NCBI GenBank assembly: GCA_963843575.1
Contig: CAWJKZ010000019.1
Span: 448,001 to 512,000 of the forward strand
Length of the DNA stretch: 64,000 nt
Direction: 5' to 3'
Origin: an uncultured Acidobacteriota bacterium
GTDB taxonomy: Bacteria > Acidobacteriota > UBA6911
The translations under genes and the position numbers were made by a program. The notes beneath the pieces were generated by a model. That model had not been told where the DNA came from, ran no database searches, and saw only the letters and a list, made by a program, of their open reading frames with translations. Shown in pieces: positions 30,525-40,974 of this stretch. Numbering within the stretch: the stretch's first letter is position 1; the number at the start of each line of letters is the position of its first letter.

Positions 30525-31478
30525 TTACCGAAGCGGGACTGCGTTTCGGCGAATGTACTCCTCCATCGTCGGGGTGTATCCGGCGGCGGGCCCGACGTAG
30601 TGAAATGCCTCCGCATACTGGACGCCGTGCGTGCTCCCGAGCGCCCTCGCCCCTTCCATCAGAAACTCCCTGACGTACTGATAATTCGCGGTCCGGTCGT
30701 CGGACCCGAGGAGCGGCAGCTTCCTGTTTTCCCGCGCGAGCCTCTCGCGCAGCGCGACGCCTGCGTTTCCGGCCGGACCCTGCGCCTTGTTGGCGAGGTT
30801 GGCCTCGATCTTCCGCTCGATGACGGAGCCGATGTCGACGACCCGGTTGACGATCTGCGGGCCGCGCGCGTGGTAGTACTTCTCGGTGACGGCGTGCGGC
30901 CGGATGCCGGCGGCGGCGTGTTCTGGGTAATCCTTGCCGCCGCCGGCCATCCAGCAGGCGGCTTCTACGGCGCGCGCCGTGACGTAGTGGTCGGGGTTTT
31001 CCTCGTACGGCGCCCACGGGTCGTACGATATGACCGTGTCCACCTTCAGCACTCGGAACAGAAATATCAGCCGCGCCTTGAGCTCGATGATGTCGACCTC
31101 TTCCATCGAGTGGTTGCGGTATCCGAGGTCGAAGGCCTTCTTCAGGCCGAGCGCGCGGGCGACCTCCTGGTTGTCGATCTCGTTGGCCACGACGGTATCC
31201 CCAAGGGTCCCCGGGCCGGCGTGGTCGTCGTTGCTGGTGCGGATCAGGTAGCCGGTGTACCCCTCCCGGACGAGTTTCGCCACCGTGCCGCCGGCGAAGA
31301 GCGGGATGTCGTCGGCGTGCGGCTGGATGGCGGCCAGCACCTTGCCGCGGTGCGGCTGCCCGGCGCGGTCGCGTTCGACGACCACCTCCTCGGCGCGCTC
31401 CGCCGGCGCGGCCGGGAGCGCGCAGCCGCCCAACGCCGCCCCCGCCACCGTCCTGCCCAGAAAATCTCTCCGGTCCAT
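30525..31478 (-). CDS. Tat-exported PIG-L/LmbE family deacetylase
   Basis: MDRRDFLG, QPHADD, ENPDH, YAEAF; paralog of 28414-29265. Confidence 0.9.
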   Translation of the reverse strand: MDRRDFLGRTVAGAALGGCALPAAPAERAEEVVVERDRAGQPHRGKVLAAIQPHADDIPLFAGGTVAKLVREGYTGYLIRTSNDDHAGPGTLGDTVVANEIDNQEVARALGLKKAFDLGYRNHSMEEVDIIELKARLIFLFRVLKVDTVISYDPWAPYEENPDHYVTARAVEAACWMAGGGKDYPEHAAAGIRPHAVTEKYYHARGPQIVNRVVDIGSVIERKIEANLANKAQGPAGNAGVALRERLARENRKLPLLGSDDRTANYQYVREFLMEGARALGSTHGVQYAEAFHYVGPAAGYTPTMEEYIRRNAVPLR

Positions 31479-31497
31479 GGCCCTCCTCCGTGTGGCG

Positions 31498-34287
31498 TCA
31501 GACTGCACGGGGATAATCGACGACGGCGCGTATCGCGTCCTCCAGTTGCTCGACGTTGACGGGCTTGGTCAGGTGCGCCGCGAACCCCGCGGCGCGGCTC
31601 GCCGCGATGTCCTGCTCCCGGCCGTAGCCGCTGAGCGCGATGCCCGGGAGCATCCGTCCCCCGTCCCGCAGGGCGCGCATGAGATCGAGCCCGCTCCCGT
31701 CCGGCAGCCCCAGGTCGCTGATCAAGAGGTCGAAGCCGCCCGGCTCGGCCGCGGCGCTCAGGGCGGATGCCATGTCCGCCGCCCCGGACACCTCGTGCCC
31801 CTGCCCCTCCAGCACCAGCTTCATCATATCGGCCGTGTCCCCGTGGTCCTCGACCAGGAGGATCCTCAGGCTGCGGGATCGGGTTTCCGGGCGGCGCACG
31901 GCCTCGGCCTGTCGCCGCGGCGGCAGGCTCGGCACCATCGGCAGCGTGATCGAGAATGTGGTGCCCTTGCCCGGGCCTTCGCTCGCGGCCCGAATCGTGC
32001 CGCCGTGCATCTCCAGCATGGCCTTGGTGATTGTGAGCCCCAGCCCGAGACCGCCAAACTGCGTACTGCGTCCCTCGCTCTCCCGCTCGAACGGCTTGAA
32101 CAGGTGCGGCATCAGCCGGGGCGAAATGCCGAGCCCGTTGTCGTTGACCTCCGTCGTGACCTGGAACGGGCCCACCTTCCGGCAGCGGACCTGGATGCGG
32201 CCCCCGGCAGGGGTGAACTTGACCGCGTTCTTGATCACATTCCAGAACGCCTGCTGCAGCCGCGCCGGGTCCGCGTCGATGACGTACGGCGCGTCGGGCC
32301 CCATTTCCACGCTGAAGTCGAGCTCGCGGGCCTCGACGTCGGGCATGCACACCTCGACCGCGCGGCGGATGACCTCGCAGAGCTCCACCGGCTGCTTGTG
32401 CAGTTCCACCTTGCCGCGCGCGATGCGCGTCACGTCCAGGAGGTCGTCGATGAGGCGGGCCTCGAGCTCGACGTTGCGGCGCACGATCTCCAGCCTCTCC
32501 TGGACGTCGCGGGGCAGGCGCGGATCGTGCTGGAGCATCGAGACCGAGGCCAGCACGGGCGTCAGCGGGGTGCGCAGTTCGTGCGAGAGCACGGCCAGGA
32601 ACTCATCCTTGGCGCGCCCGGCCTCCTCGGCCTCGGCCCTGGCCGCCTCGGCGACGGTCTTGGCCGCGACCAGGGCCTCCGACACGGCGCGGCTCTCGCT
32701 GATGTCGGTGCACGTTCCGAACCAGCGCACGACGCGCTCGTCGGAGCCCTTCAGGGGCACGACGCGGGTCAGGAACCAGCGGAAACCCCCGTCGGCCCCC
32801 CGCAGCGAGACCTCGACGTCCATCGGCTCCCCCGTGACGATCGACGCGCGCCAGCGCTCGATGGCTTCAGGCGCTGCCGACGGTTCGAGCACGCTCTGCC
32901 ATCCCCACCCTTCGGCCTGCGCCAAGGTCGTGCCGGTGTACTCGTACCAGCGCCGGTTGTACCAGTAGACGCCGCCGTCGGCTGCGGCTATGAAGGCCAG
33001 CTGCGGGATGGCGTCGGCCATCGTCCGGAACTGCTCTTCGCTTTCCCCCAGCGCTTTTTCGTGTCTCCACTTGTCCGAGACGTCGCGGAACACCCACACG
33101 ACCCCGCGTGCCGTCCCCTCGGGGCCCTTGACCGGAGCGGTACTGTGCTCGACGGGGATCTCGCGGCCGTCCCGCGAGATCAGGAGCGCGTGGCGGGACG
33201 GGTCGGCCGGGTCCCCGATCGCCTGCCAGGTGCCTTCCTCCACGACGTGAAACACGGAATGCAACGCCTGCCCCTCGGCCTCGGCGCGCCCCCAGCCGGT
33301 CAGGTGCTCCGCCTCCTCGTTGGCGAAGGTGACGCGGCCCTGGAGATCGGTGACGATCACGCCGTCGCCGATGCTGGCCAGCGTCACCGACAGCAGCTCC
33401 TGCTGCCGGCGCAAAACGTCCGCCGCTTCGTCGAGCCGCCGGCCGCTCAACCAGACCAGGGTCGTGAAGGCCAGGATGATCGTCAGCATGACGATCGCCG
33501 TCCCCAGCGCCGGATCGTAGAGACCGCGTCGCTCGCCGAGCAGCCGCAGCCAGCCCATGACGAGCGGCAGCAGCACGGAAGGGACCAGGAGCCGCCGGAT
33601 CATGACCCCCCCGGGCCCCGGCGAGGTCAGCAGCGCCGTCATGCCTTCCCGCGGCCGGGCGCAGAGCAGCCCCACGCTCAGGGTCAGCGACGTAAGCGCG
33701 GTGGGCCAGGCGATGCCCGTGAGCCGGGCGAGCCCGTACAGCTCCCGCGCCTCGTAGAGGTAGCCGAGCGTCGGCAGCAGCGCGAGCAGCCCGACGACCA
33801 CGGCCAGCGGCTGCCACAGGCGCCGGCCTTCGCGCCGGCTCAGGCTCAAGAGCGCCGCCCCGAGCAGCACTAGACTCAACGCGGCCGGCGGGCCCATGCG
33901 ATTCGGGCTCGTCGTCGCGCTCGCCCCCGGCGCCTCCCGGGCCAGCAGCTGGTCGACGTGCAGGTCCCAGCCGCTGACGTGCTCCACCAGCGTCACGGCC
34001 CCGAGGAGCAGGACGACGGCCGCGCAGGCGCGGGCCGCCCAACGGCGCCACGGCCCAGGCCGCTCCGGCAACAGCAGGAAAAGCGACGTACCCGCCAGCA
34101 GGATCCCCACCGCCGCGTTGGTCTTCATGACGATGGCGCCGGCGAGCAGCGCGTGGATGTTCAGGAACCACGCGGCCGCGACGAGCGCGCCCGTGGCGAC
34201 GGCCGCCAGGGAGCAGAGGAGTGCAATCGAGTGAAGCACCCGGACGATGCGTTGGCCCTTGTGGGACGCCGCGGTCTCTTCGGTCAT
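31498..34287 (-). CDS. Hybrid sensor histidine kinase (TM-PAS-PAS-HisKA-HATPase-REC)
   Basis: Multiple TMs, SIGDGVIVTD, YNRRWYEYTG, SHELRTPL, GLGLGL, LLVEDH, SDLGLPDG. Confidence 0.95.
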   Translation of the reverse strand: MTEETAASHKGQRIVRVLHSIALLCSLAAVATGALVAAAWFLNIHALLAGAIVMKTNAAVGILLAGTSLFLLLPERPGPWRRWAARACAAVVLLLGAVTLVEHVSGWDLHVDQLLAREAPGASATTSPNRMGPPAALSLVLLGAALLSLSRREGRRLWQPLAVVVGLLALLPTLGYLYEARELYGLARLTGIAWPTALTSLTLSVGLLCARPREGMTALLTSPGPGGVMIRRLLVPSVLLPLVMGWLRLLGERRGLYDPALGTAIVMLTIILAFTTLVWLSGRRLDEAADVLRRQQELLSVTLASIGDGVIVTDLQGRVTFANEEAEHLTGWGRAEAEGQALHSVFHVVEEGTWQAIGDPADPSRHALLISRDGREIPVEHSTAPVKGPEGTARGVVWVFRDVSDKWRHEKALGESEEQFRTMADAIPQLAFIAAADGGVYWYNRRWYEYTGTTLAQAEGWGWQSVLEPSAAPEAIERWRASIVTGEPMDVEVSLRGADGGFRWFLTRVVPLKGSDERVVRWFGTCTDISESRAVSEALVAAKTVAEAARAEAEEAGRAKDEFLAVLSHELRTPLTPVLASVSMLQHDPRLPRDVQERLEIVRRNVELEARLIDDLLDVTRIARGKVELHKQPVELCEVIRRAVEVCMPDVEARELDFSVEMGPDAPYVIDADPARLQQAFWNVIKNAVKFTPAGGRIQVRCRKVGPFQVTTEVNDNGLGISPRLMPHLFKPFERESEGRSTQFGGLGLGLTITKAMLEMHGGTIRAASEGPGKGTTFSITLPMVPSLPPRRQAEAVRRPETRSRSLRILLVEDHGDTADMMKLVLEGQGHEVSGAADMASALSAAAEPGGFDLLISDLGLPDGSGLDLMRALRDGGRMLPGIALSGYGREQDIAASRAAGFAAHLTKPVNVEQLEDAIRAVVDYPRAV

Positions 34288-34600
34288 GCTTTAGTGCCTG
34301 AGATTGCCGGGCACGGCACGTCAGCCGTCCTGGGCCTGGACACGCATCGGACCCGATGCTGGGTCCTCCCCTGCGCAGTTGCCGAATGTGAAAGTCGCGT
34401 ACATTATATACGCCTCTCACCGGCGTATTACAGGATCCAGGAAAGCCAAAGGCAAAAGCAGCACGCGGATTTATTGCGGATTTAACGGATCAACGCGGGC
34501 CGGCCCTCGTGGCGGAATGCCGGACGCGGCCTGTCAATCAAGTGTCGGCCTTTTTTTAAATCCGCGTAGAGCCGCGTCGATCCGCGTCCGAAAGATCGAG

Positions 34601-35698
34601 TCACAGGGCCGCGAGGACGTCCTTCATGAGCCGCTTGGACCCTTCGACGCCGTCCCAGGGCCCGTGCTCGTACTCCAGGCAGATCGTCCCCTTGAACCGG
34701 TGCGCGTTCAGGATGCTCACGCAGCGCGCGACGTCGTTCCAGTCCTTCTCGGGCGTCTTCCAGCGGTCCCAGTACTTGGCGTGCACGTGCGTGTGGGTGT
34801 AAGGCATCACCGCCTCCAGCCCGTGAAAGAGGTGGTACTCGTTCTCCCAGTTGGCGAAGTCGGGGGTGCACTCGCAGTAGGGGTGGTTGACCTCGTCCAT
34901 GATGATCCGGATGTTCATCGGGTTGGCGCACAGCCCCCAGTGGTTTTCGATCGTGATCTTGACCCCGACCTTTTCGCCGTAGTCGGCCAGCTCCTTGAAC
35001 GACTCGATGCACTTCTTCAGGTAGACCACGATCTTGTCGTTTTTCGGGTACCCGGTTTCGTGCGGGGAGGCCTCGGGCATGATGCGCGTCCCTGAGACGC
35101 CGGTGTTGGCGCGCATCGTCTTGGCCTTCAGGAGGGCGGCGGCGTCCATCCAGATCTTGGCGGTGCGGATGCCCTCCTTGCGTTTTTCGTCGTCGGGGTC
35201 GGCGAGGTTCTGCGGCGCGTTGTTGGAGATGTGCTGGCAGACGGTCTTCGTTTTCTCGATGTTCGCGTAGAGCCTTTCGAGCCACTTCCGGGACGACGGA
35301 GCCGAGGGGTCCCAGCGGTAAGAGGTGAAGGTGCGCCCGTCCCTGTCGATTTTCGTCTCGGTGTACTGCGTCTTGTCGGTGACGTCGCCGAACACGTCGG
35401 ACCAGAGGTCGAGGTGATAGACGCCGGGATAGGTGTCCCTGGTCCATTGCGGGAAGTCGAGCATGGTGATTTCGCCATATTTCTTTTTCATGGCGGCGGC
35501 CTCCTCGCTGGGCGGCCGCTGGCCGATGCTCTTGAACATGAATCGGGGAGGCCAGCAGCTGGAGGCGATGCGGGAGAGCTTCTCCTCCTCGGTGAGCTGA
35601 CGCATGACGGAAGAGGCCTGCGCGCCGGAGCCGCCCAGAAGGCCCGCGGCAGCCCCGAGCGCCGCTGATTTGAGAAAATCCCTGCGGTCGGTAGTCAT
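34601..35698 (-). CDS. Tat-exported sugar phosphate isomerase/epimerase (xylose isomerase-like TIM barrel)
   Basis: DRRDFLK, IENHWG, PDFAN, HVHAK, CLEYE. Confidence 0.88.
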   Translation of the reverse strand: MTTDRRDFLKSAALGAAAGLLGGSGAQASSVMRQLTEEEKLSRIASSCWPPRFMFKSIGQRPPSEEAAAMKKKYGEITMLDFPQWTRDTYPGVYHLDLWSDVFGDVTDKTQYTETKIDRDGRTFTSYRWDPSAPSSRKWLERLYANIEKTKTVCQHISNNAPQNLADPDDEKRKEGIRTAKIWMDAAALLKAKTMRANTGVSGTRIMPEASPHETGYPKNDKIVVYLKKCIESFKELADYGEKVGVKITIENHWGLCANPMNIRIIMDEVNHPYCECTPDFANWENEYHLFHGLEAVMPYTHTHVHAKYWDRWKTPEKDWNDVARCVSILNAHRFKGTICLEYEHGPWDGVEGSKRLMKDVLAAL

Positions 35699-35883
35699 AT
35701 CGTTTCCCCTGTCGGATTTTGGAGTTCGCCGCCTCGACGCCGGAAATTGTACCTCAAGTGGGTCAGTTGCACGCGGGTCCACGCAGATCAAAGACAACGC
35801 CTTTGTTCTTGATCCGCGTCGATCCGCGTCAATCCGCGTCCCAAAAAACGTCATCTCCCCCGCGCCCCCCGGGTGCGTGAGTC

Positions 35884-35921
35884 TTGATGCTCATTCATGA
35901 CCAGAGTAATATGACTAGAGT
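35884..35921 (+). promoter_or_regulatory. Sigma70-like promoter of the TA operon with overlapping direct-repeat operator
   Basis: TTGATG-17 bp-TAATAT; ATGAC(C/T)AGAGT at 35897 and 35911; AAGGAG RBS. Confidence 0.65.
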
Positions 35922-35939
35922 CAATTAAGGAGAGCGATC

Positions 35940-36170
35940 ATGGGTCCGGTCTCCAAATCGAAATTCAAGTCCCGCGCCCTGCACTATTTCAGGGAAGTCG
36001 AAAAGACCGGCCGCCCCGTCGTCATCACGGATCGCGGACGGCCGGTGGCCAAGGTCGTCCCCTACTCCGAAAATCCGGAGGAACGGTTGAACGAGCTCCG
36101 TCACACGGTGCTCCACTATTCCGGCCCTCTCGAGCCGGTCGGGGTCGAGGACTGGGAGGCGCTGGAGTGA
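35940..36170 (+). CDS. Phd/YefM family antitoxin
   Basis: SKSKFKS...PVVITDRGRPVAKVVP; 76 aa with acidic tail. Confidence 0.92.
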   Translation: MGPVSKSKFKSRALHYFREVEKTGRPVVITDRGRPVAKVVPYSENPEERLNELRHTVLHYSGPLEPVGVEDWEALE

Positions 36171-36562
36171 TCCTGCTGGACACGCATGCCTGGGTGTGGT
36201 TCGTGGACGACCCCCGCCTGCTGAGCGCGCCGGCGCGCAAGGCCGCCGAGAAGGCGTTGGCCGCGGGCTCCGTGGCCATTTCGTCCATCAGCGCCTGGGA
36301 AGTCGCCAAGCTTGCGGCCTGCGGACGCTTGAAGCTGACCATCGACGTGCGCGACTGGATCGCCAAGTGCGAAGCGCTTCCGTTCTTCAACTTCATCCCC
36401 GCCGACGACGCCATCCTGGTTCGTTCCGTTTTCCTCCCCGGCCCGCTCCCCGCGGATCCGGCGGACCGGATCATCGTCGCCACCGCCCTCGCACGGGGGA
36501 TCCCGATCGTCACGAAAGACCGGAAGATACGGGGCTACCCGGGTGTCCGGTCCATCTGGTGA
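36167..36562 (+). CDS. vapC: VapC/PIN domain toxin
   Basis: LLDTH, SAWEV, DPADRIIVATA, VTKD; GTGA overlap with the antitoxin. Confidence 0.92.
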   Translation: MILLDTHAWVWFVDDPRLLSAPARKAAEKALAAGSVAISSISAWEVAKLAACGRLKLTIDVRDWIAKCEALPFFNFIPADDAILVRSVFLPGPLPADPADRIIVATALARGIPIVTKDRKIRGYPGVRSIW

Positions 36563-36726
36563 TTCACCTCGAAGTCTCAAAGACCTCGAAGCGTTCTCTG
36601 GACCGCAGCGCCTCGGAGCCGGGGTTGAATTGCCCTGAATGGCGCAAATCGCGGCGCCGAGGCGCCGCGATGAAAGCGGCGTCGAGCCGCCGCACTCCAC
36701 AAGAGCCTTCGAGGTGAGCTTGTGTC

Positions 36727-37978
36727 TCACCTCTCAGGCGCGCTCCACTCCGGGTGGACCATGAGCACACCGGAAAGCCCCGGAGGGTTTCCCGCAGGTT
36801 CAGTCACCCGCATGGTGTGCATCTGCCAGTGATAATCAAAGACGTAGTCCCAATTCGTCGGATAAAGCCCCACGTTGACAAAATACATCCCAGGCTGCAG
36901 AGCCACCTGCGGGATTTGGCATCTGAACACGCCGCGGCTGCGTGGAGCGCCCAAAGCAGAACCGACCGAGGGGATGGTGCTCTCGAAGCATTTTACGTTT
37001 GTTTCGCTGAAAACGCCCAACGTGAGCGCCATGTCCGGGATCGGGCGGCCCAACTCGTATTCGAGCTCGAAAGCGACGTCCTTGCCGGACTGGATGGCGC
37101 GGCCCGGCACGTTCTCTTCGTCGCAGACACTCAACGAAAGAATCTTCGCCTCGAGCGTTCCGACGCGTGTCCCTTTTTCGGGGATCTCGCCCTGTCCCGA
37201 GTCGGAGCCGGATACTTGCGCCGCTCGTTTTTCCGTGCGCTTGCGCATCAGCTCGTAATAACAGCGGATGGCCTCGTAGGGATCCGAGCGCATCGACCAC
37301 CCGCCCTTCCTCCAACACTATGACCTCGTCGCACAGTCGCTCGATTTGCGCCGTATCGTGGGATACGAACACCAGGGTCTTGCCTGCCGCCTTGAACCGC
37401 CGCAACCGGTCGAGGCATTTCTCCTGAAAGCGCATGTCGCCCACGGCGAGGACTTCGTCGATCATCAGGATGTCGGGGTCGAAGTGGATGGTGGCGGCGA
37501 ACGCGAGCCGCATGTACATCCCGCTCGAATACGTCCGGACCGGCTGATCGATGAAGTTCTCCAGCTCCGCGAATTCGATGATACGGTCCCGCTCCCTCAG
37601 CACTTCCTGCCTTGTCAAGCCGTTGAGCAGCCCGGCCGTCATGATGTTTTCGCGTCCGGTCATTTCCAGGTGCAGCCCTCCGCCGAGCTCCAGGAGGCCG
37701 CTGACCTGGCCCTCTCGCTTGATGCTTCCCTCCGTCGGTTTGCTGAGGCCGCACAGTATGCGCAGCAACGTGCTCTTGCCGGCGCCGTTGTGGCCGATGA
37801 AGCCGAGGGTTCGCCCGCGCTCGAGGGAGAAGCTGACGTCCCTGAGCGCCCACGTCTGCACGGCCTGCTGATGCCGGCCCGTCAGGAATTGGACCGTCAG
37901 CTCCTTCAAGGTGCCCGGGCGGTCCCCGACGATGTCGAATCGCTTGGATAGGGCACTCGCAGTCAGGGCGGCCGGCAC
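36727..37978 (-). CDS. wzt: Polysaccharide ABC exporter ATPase with C-terminal Wzt-C domain (frameshift near 37290)
   Basis: WALRDVSF, GHNGAGKST, YSSGMYMRLAF, IDEVLAVGD; LQPGMYFVNVG in a shifted frame. Confidence 0.88.
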
Positions 37979-38016
37979 CTCACACCCCCCGTCGCAGCCA
38001 CGATGGGCACGCGCGC

Positions 38017-38813
38017 TTACAGAAGATCCATGACATAGGCGAGCTTTCTGCGATACAGCCAGTATGCGAACGCGGCCAGCGCGACGCTCGTGCACACCAC
38101 GCAGAAGCAGGGACCCCAGGTCAGGGGACGACCCGTACATGAAGATGGAACGATAGTCTCGCACCAAAGCCGCCATGGGATTTGCCGCATACAAGTAGCG
38201 ATACTCCGCGCCAAAGTCCCGATAAAATATCGGGGTCAGATAAAACAAGAGGAGAACGCACATATTGACGAGGTGCTGCACGTCCCGGTAAATCACGTTG
38301 AGTGTCGCTATGATCAAACTCAGTCCCGTGGTGAAGACGGCCTGAACTACCAGCAACAGCGGGAAAAAGAGCAGGCAGAGGCTCGGCTTGCAGCCGTACA
38401 GGGCCGAGGGTGGCAAAGAGAATCGGCAGGAATAGCAGGTATTGCAGCAGGTTGGAAAGAGTATCGACGGCCACCAGGACGACCGGTTCGAAATTGGGCC
38501 GCCTGACGATGTCGCGATTGGAGATAAAAAGCGTGCCGGCGGACCTGAGACAATTGCTGAACCAGGTCCAGGGGAGCAACGCAGTCAGGACAAAGGCCGG
38601 GTACGACTCTATATTCAACGGAACGACGCGGCGGAACAGGAAGACCAGCACGAGCAATTGCGCCAACGGAGGCACAAGGGACCAGATGGCGCCCAGCCAC
38701 GATCCCTTGAAGCGAAGGGTAAAATCCCTCCACACGAGGTGGCTGATCAGGTCAGCAGGAGTACTTGAGTGATGCGCACGGCAGCGTTTACCGCCCGGAC
38801 GGATTAGAAGCAT
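38017..38813 (-). CDS. wzm: Polysaccharide ABC exporter permease (frameshifted)
   Basis: RDFTLRFKGSWLGAIW, LLPWTWFS, YRDVQHL, FYLTPIFY, ANPMA spread over three frames. Confidence 0.85.
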
Positions 38814-39749
38814 TGGCCGGTCTCTCCGGCCACTTTTATTCTCTGGAGAATACGGTCTGAAAGAAGTTTCTTGATAAGTTGCACGTTGTGCCAGCCCAGC
38901 AACGACATCCCCAGCAGCCAGTAGCTCATCGGATGAGCGGGATTGCACCTTATCGATTTGAGGGTGTATCGATAGGCCCGGGCTGTCTGGCCGGATTCGT
39001 AACACAACGCTCCCAGCCTGAGATACCAGGAGCCGAGAGCCCTGGGATTCGGTGCGATCAGGGCTGCGTGCTTCTGCAGGAAAAGCTCCTTGCCGGTGAT
39101 CCTGAGCGGTAAGTTGTTGGAAATCTGATCCGCGTGAACCAGGTACTTCACCAAAGGCTCGTCGATGCACTCGAAGGAAAACAGCTTGGATATCCGCACC
39201 CACAAATCATAATCGACGCAGTAGGGGAGGGAGGGGTCGAACAGGCCGACCGCGTCGAGACATTCCCTGCGCAGCAGGACCGTGGACGGGGTGCCGACGA
39301 CGTTGAGGACGGCCATCTCGTTGTAGATATATCCTCTCATGTTGGGAGACCGTTGGTTGACGGTCTCGCCGGTGGATCCGTCTATCCTCGAGAAACCCCG
39401 AATAGACTCCGCCAACCGCGGGCGGGCTGCCGTCCAGCAGCTTCACCTGGCGCTCCAGCTTGTCGGGAAACCACTGATCGTCGTCATCCAGGAAGGCCAC
39501 CAGCCTGGAGTTCGAATTCAGGATTCCCGTGTTGCGCGCCTCGGCTTCCCCCTTGTTGACGTCGTGTCTGATGCACCTCGCGCGGGAATCGCCGAAGCGG
39601 CGGAGGACGGCGTCGCATCCGTTTGAGGACGCGTCGTCGACGACGATGACGGACAAATCGCGATAAGTCTGATTCAGGACGCTCTCGACGGCGAGCGAGA
39701 GCAACTGAGGCCGGTTATAGGTTGGGATAATGACGTCGACCGTTGGCAT
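38804..39749 (-). CDS. Glycosyltransferase family 2 (frameshift near 39395)
   Basis: VIIPTYNR, VVDDAS, AFLDDDD; GLFDPSL, DYDLW. Confidence 0.88.
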
Positions 39750-39756
39750 CAGCACC

Positions 39757-40974
39757 TCATCCGCGTGAATCGGCGGAGATCCGCGTCCTCTTTGTTGAAA
39801 TAATGGCCCGGCGGTAGGCCAGCGGGGATGACAAGGCGCCCGAAGTCTCGATCAAGGCGCGATGAAATCCACCGCGGTCACGCCTGACCACGCAGCCGAG
39901 AAGGCGGCGCAGCAGCCAACCCCACATCCAGGACCGCAAAGCGAACCGCACTACCGCCGTCCTTTGGGAGGGATTCGTACGGGCCGCGGTGAGGAGGTAA
40001 GCCCCGAATGCGCGGCCATTGCTGTAAAGCTGCCGTTTGAGGGCACTCGGCTGGCGGCGATGGGTGTGCCGCACCAGGGCGGCGGGTTCGTAGCGCACCA
40101 CATGACCGCCGGCGACGGTGCGGTGGAGGAACTCGATGTCGCCGCCTCCCCTGGTGGGGGTGCCGACATCCAGTGCGACGTCGAATCTGCCGATCCTGTC
40201 CGGAAGCGCCCGTCGGAAGGCCATGTTCGTGCCGACGCCCCAACTGCTCGCCCAGAACAGTTGCGTATCGCTGAGGGCTTCGCGGCGGTAGGTCTTTTCC
40301 AGAAACCCCTTGCCCATGCCCCCGTAATTCTCGAAATCGACCTGGGCGCCGGTTTCCAGTTCGGCAGGCAGGACCAGCCCTGTCACGGCCATGACCGTTG
40401 GATCCTCGAACCCGCGGGCCAGCCCGCGCAGCCACCCGGGGGATGCCAAGGCGTCGTCGTCGATGAAGGCGATGATGTCGTGTCGCGCTTCGTCGATGCC
40501 CCGATTGCGGGCCCAATCGAGCCCGGCAGTCTCCTCGCGCACGCATCGGAAGCCGTTCCGGGCGGCGACCTGGGCCACGTCGCCGTCTCGGGAGGCGTTG
40601 TCCACGACGAGAACTTCATAGGCCTCGTAATCCAGGCGTCTCAGGCTCTGGAGGCAGTTGTCCAGCGCAACAGGCCGGTCCCGGGTGCACACCACGACGG
40701 AGATGGCCGGAAGCGCCTTGTCGTCGCCCTCGGTCAGGGTGTCGAGAACGCCCCCGACGGCCCGCTGCAGCAGGCAGTGACTGAACCACGAATAGATTTC
40801 TTCTCTCAGCTGCGCGACGCCGAAAGACCTCGAGTTGGGCGGGCAGGGAAGCCGCACCACGCCGAGCGGAGAATATCCCCAGCGCACCAGCAGGTGCAGT
40901 TCGGCGTAGCGCGGATCCACGTAGACGGGCTCCAGCGCCCTTGTGAGGTCGACCTCGGCTAACTTGGCTGTCGT
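39757..40974 (-). CDS. Glycosyltransferase family 2 (predicted start codon reads ACG)
   Basis: VVVCTRDR, VVDNA, ARNRG, FIDDD, GGGDIEF; GGAG upstream of ACG at 40974. Confidence 0.8.
   Translation of the reverse strand, partial: TTAKLAEVDLTRALEPVYVDPRYAELHLLVRWGYSPLGVVRLPCPPNSRSFGVAQLREEIYSWFSHCLLQRAVGGVLDTLTEGDDKALPAISVVVCTRDRPVALDNCLQSLRRLDYEAYEVLVVDNASRDGDVAQVAARNGFRCVREETAGLDWARNRGIDEARHDIIAFIDDDALASPGWLRGLARGFEDPTVMAVTGLVLPAELETGAQVDFENYGGMGKGFLEKTYRREALSDTQLFWASSWGVGTNMAFRRALPDRIGRFDVALDVGTPTRGGGDIEFLHRTVAGGHVVRYEPAALVRHTHRRQPSALKRQLYSNGRAFGAYLLTAARTNPSQRTAVVRFALRSWMWGWLLRRLLGCVVRRDRGGFHRALIETSGALSSPLAYRRAIISTKRTRISADSRG

Noticed and set aside
29207-30673. Short ORFs within the array (e.g. 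29709-29891, 29901-30083)
   Set aside because: They are translations of repeat units whose lengths are not multiples of three, with no RBS or family motifs.
22887-33873. Very long antisense ORFs (22887-25598 +, 31255-33873 +, and similar ones such as 12327-14219 -)
   Set aside because: These are GC-rich shadow or alternate frames overlapping well-supported genes, with no recognisable motifs.
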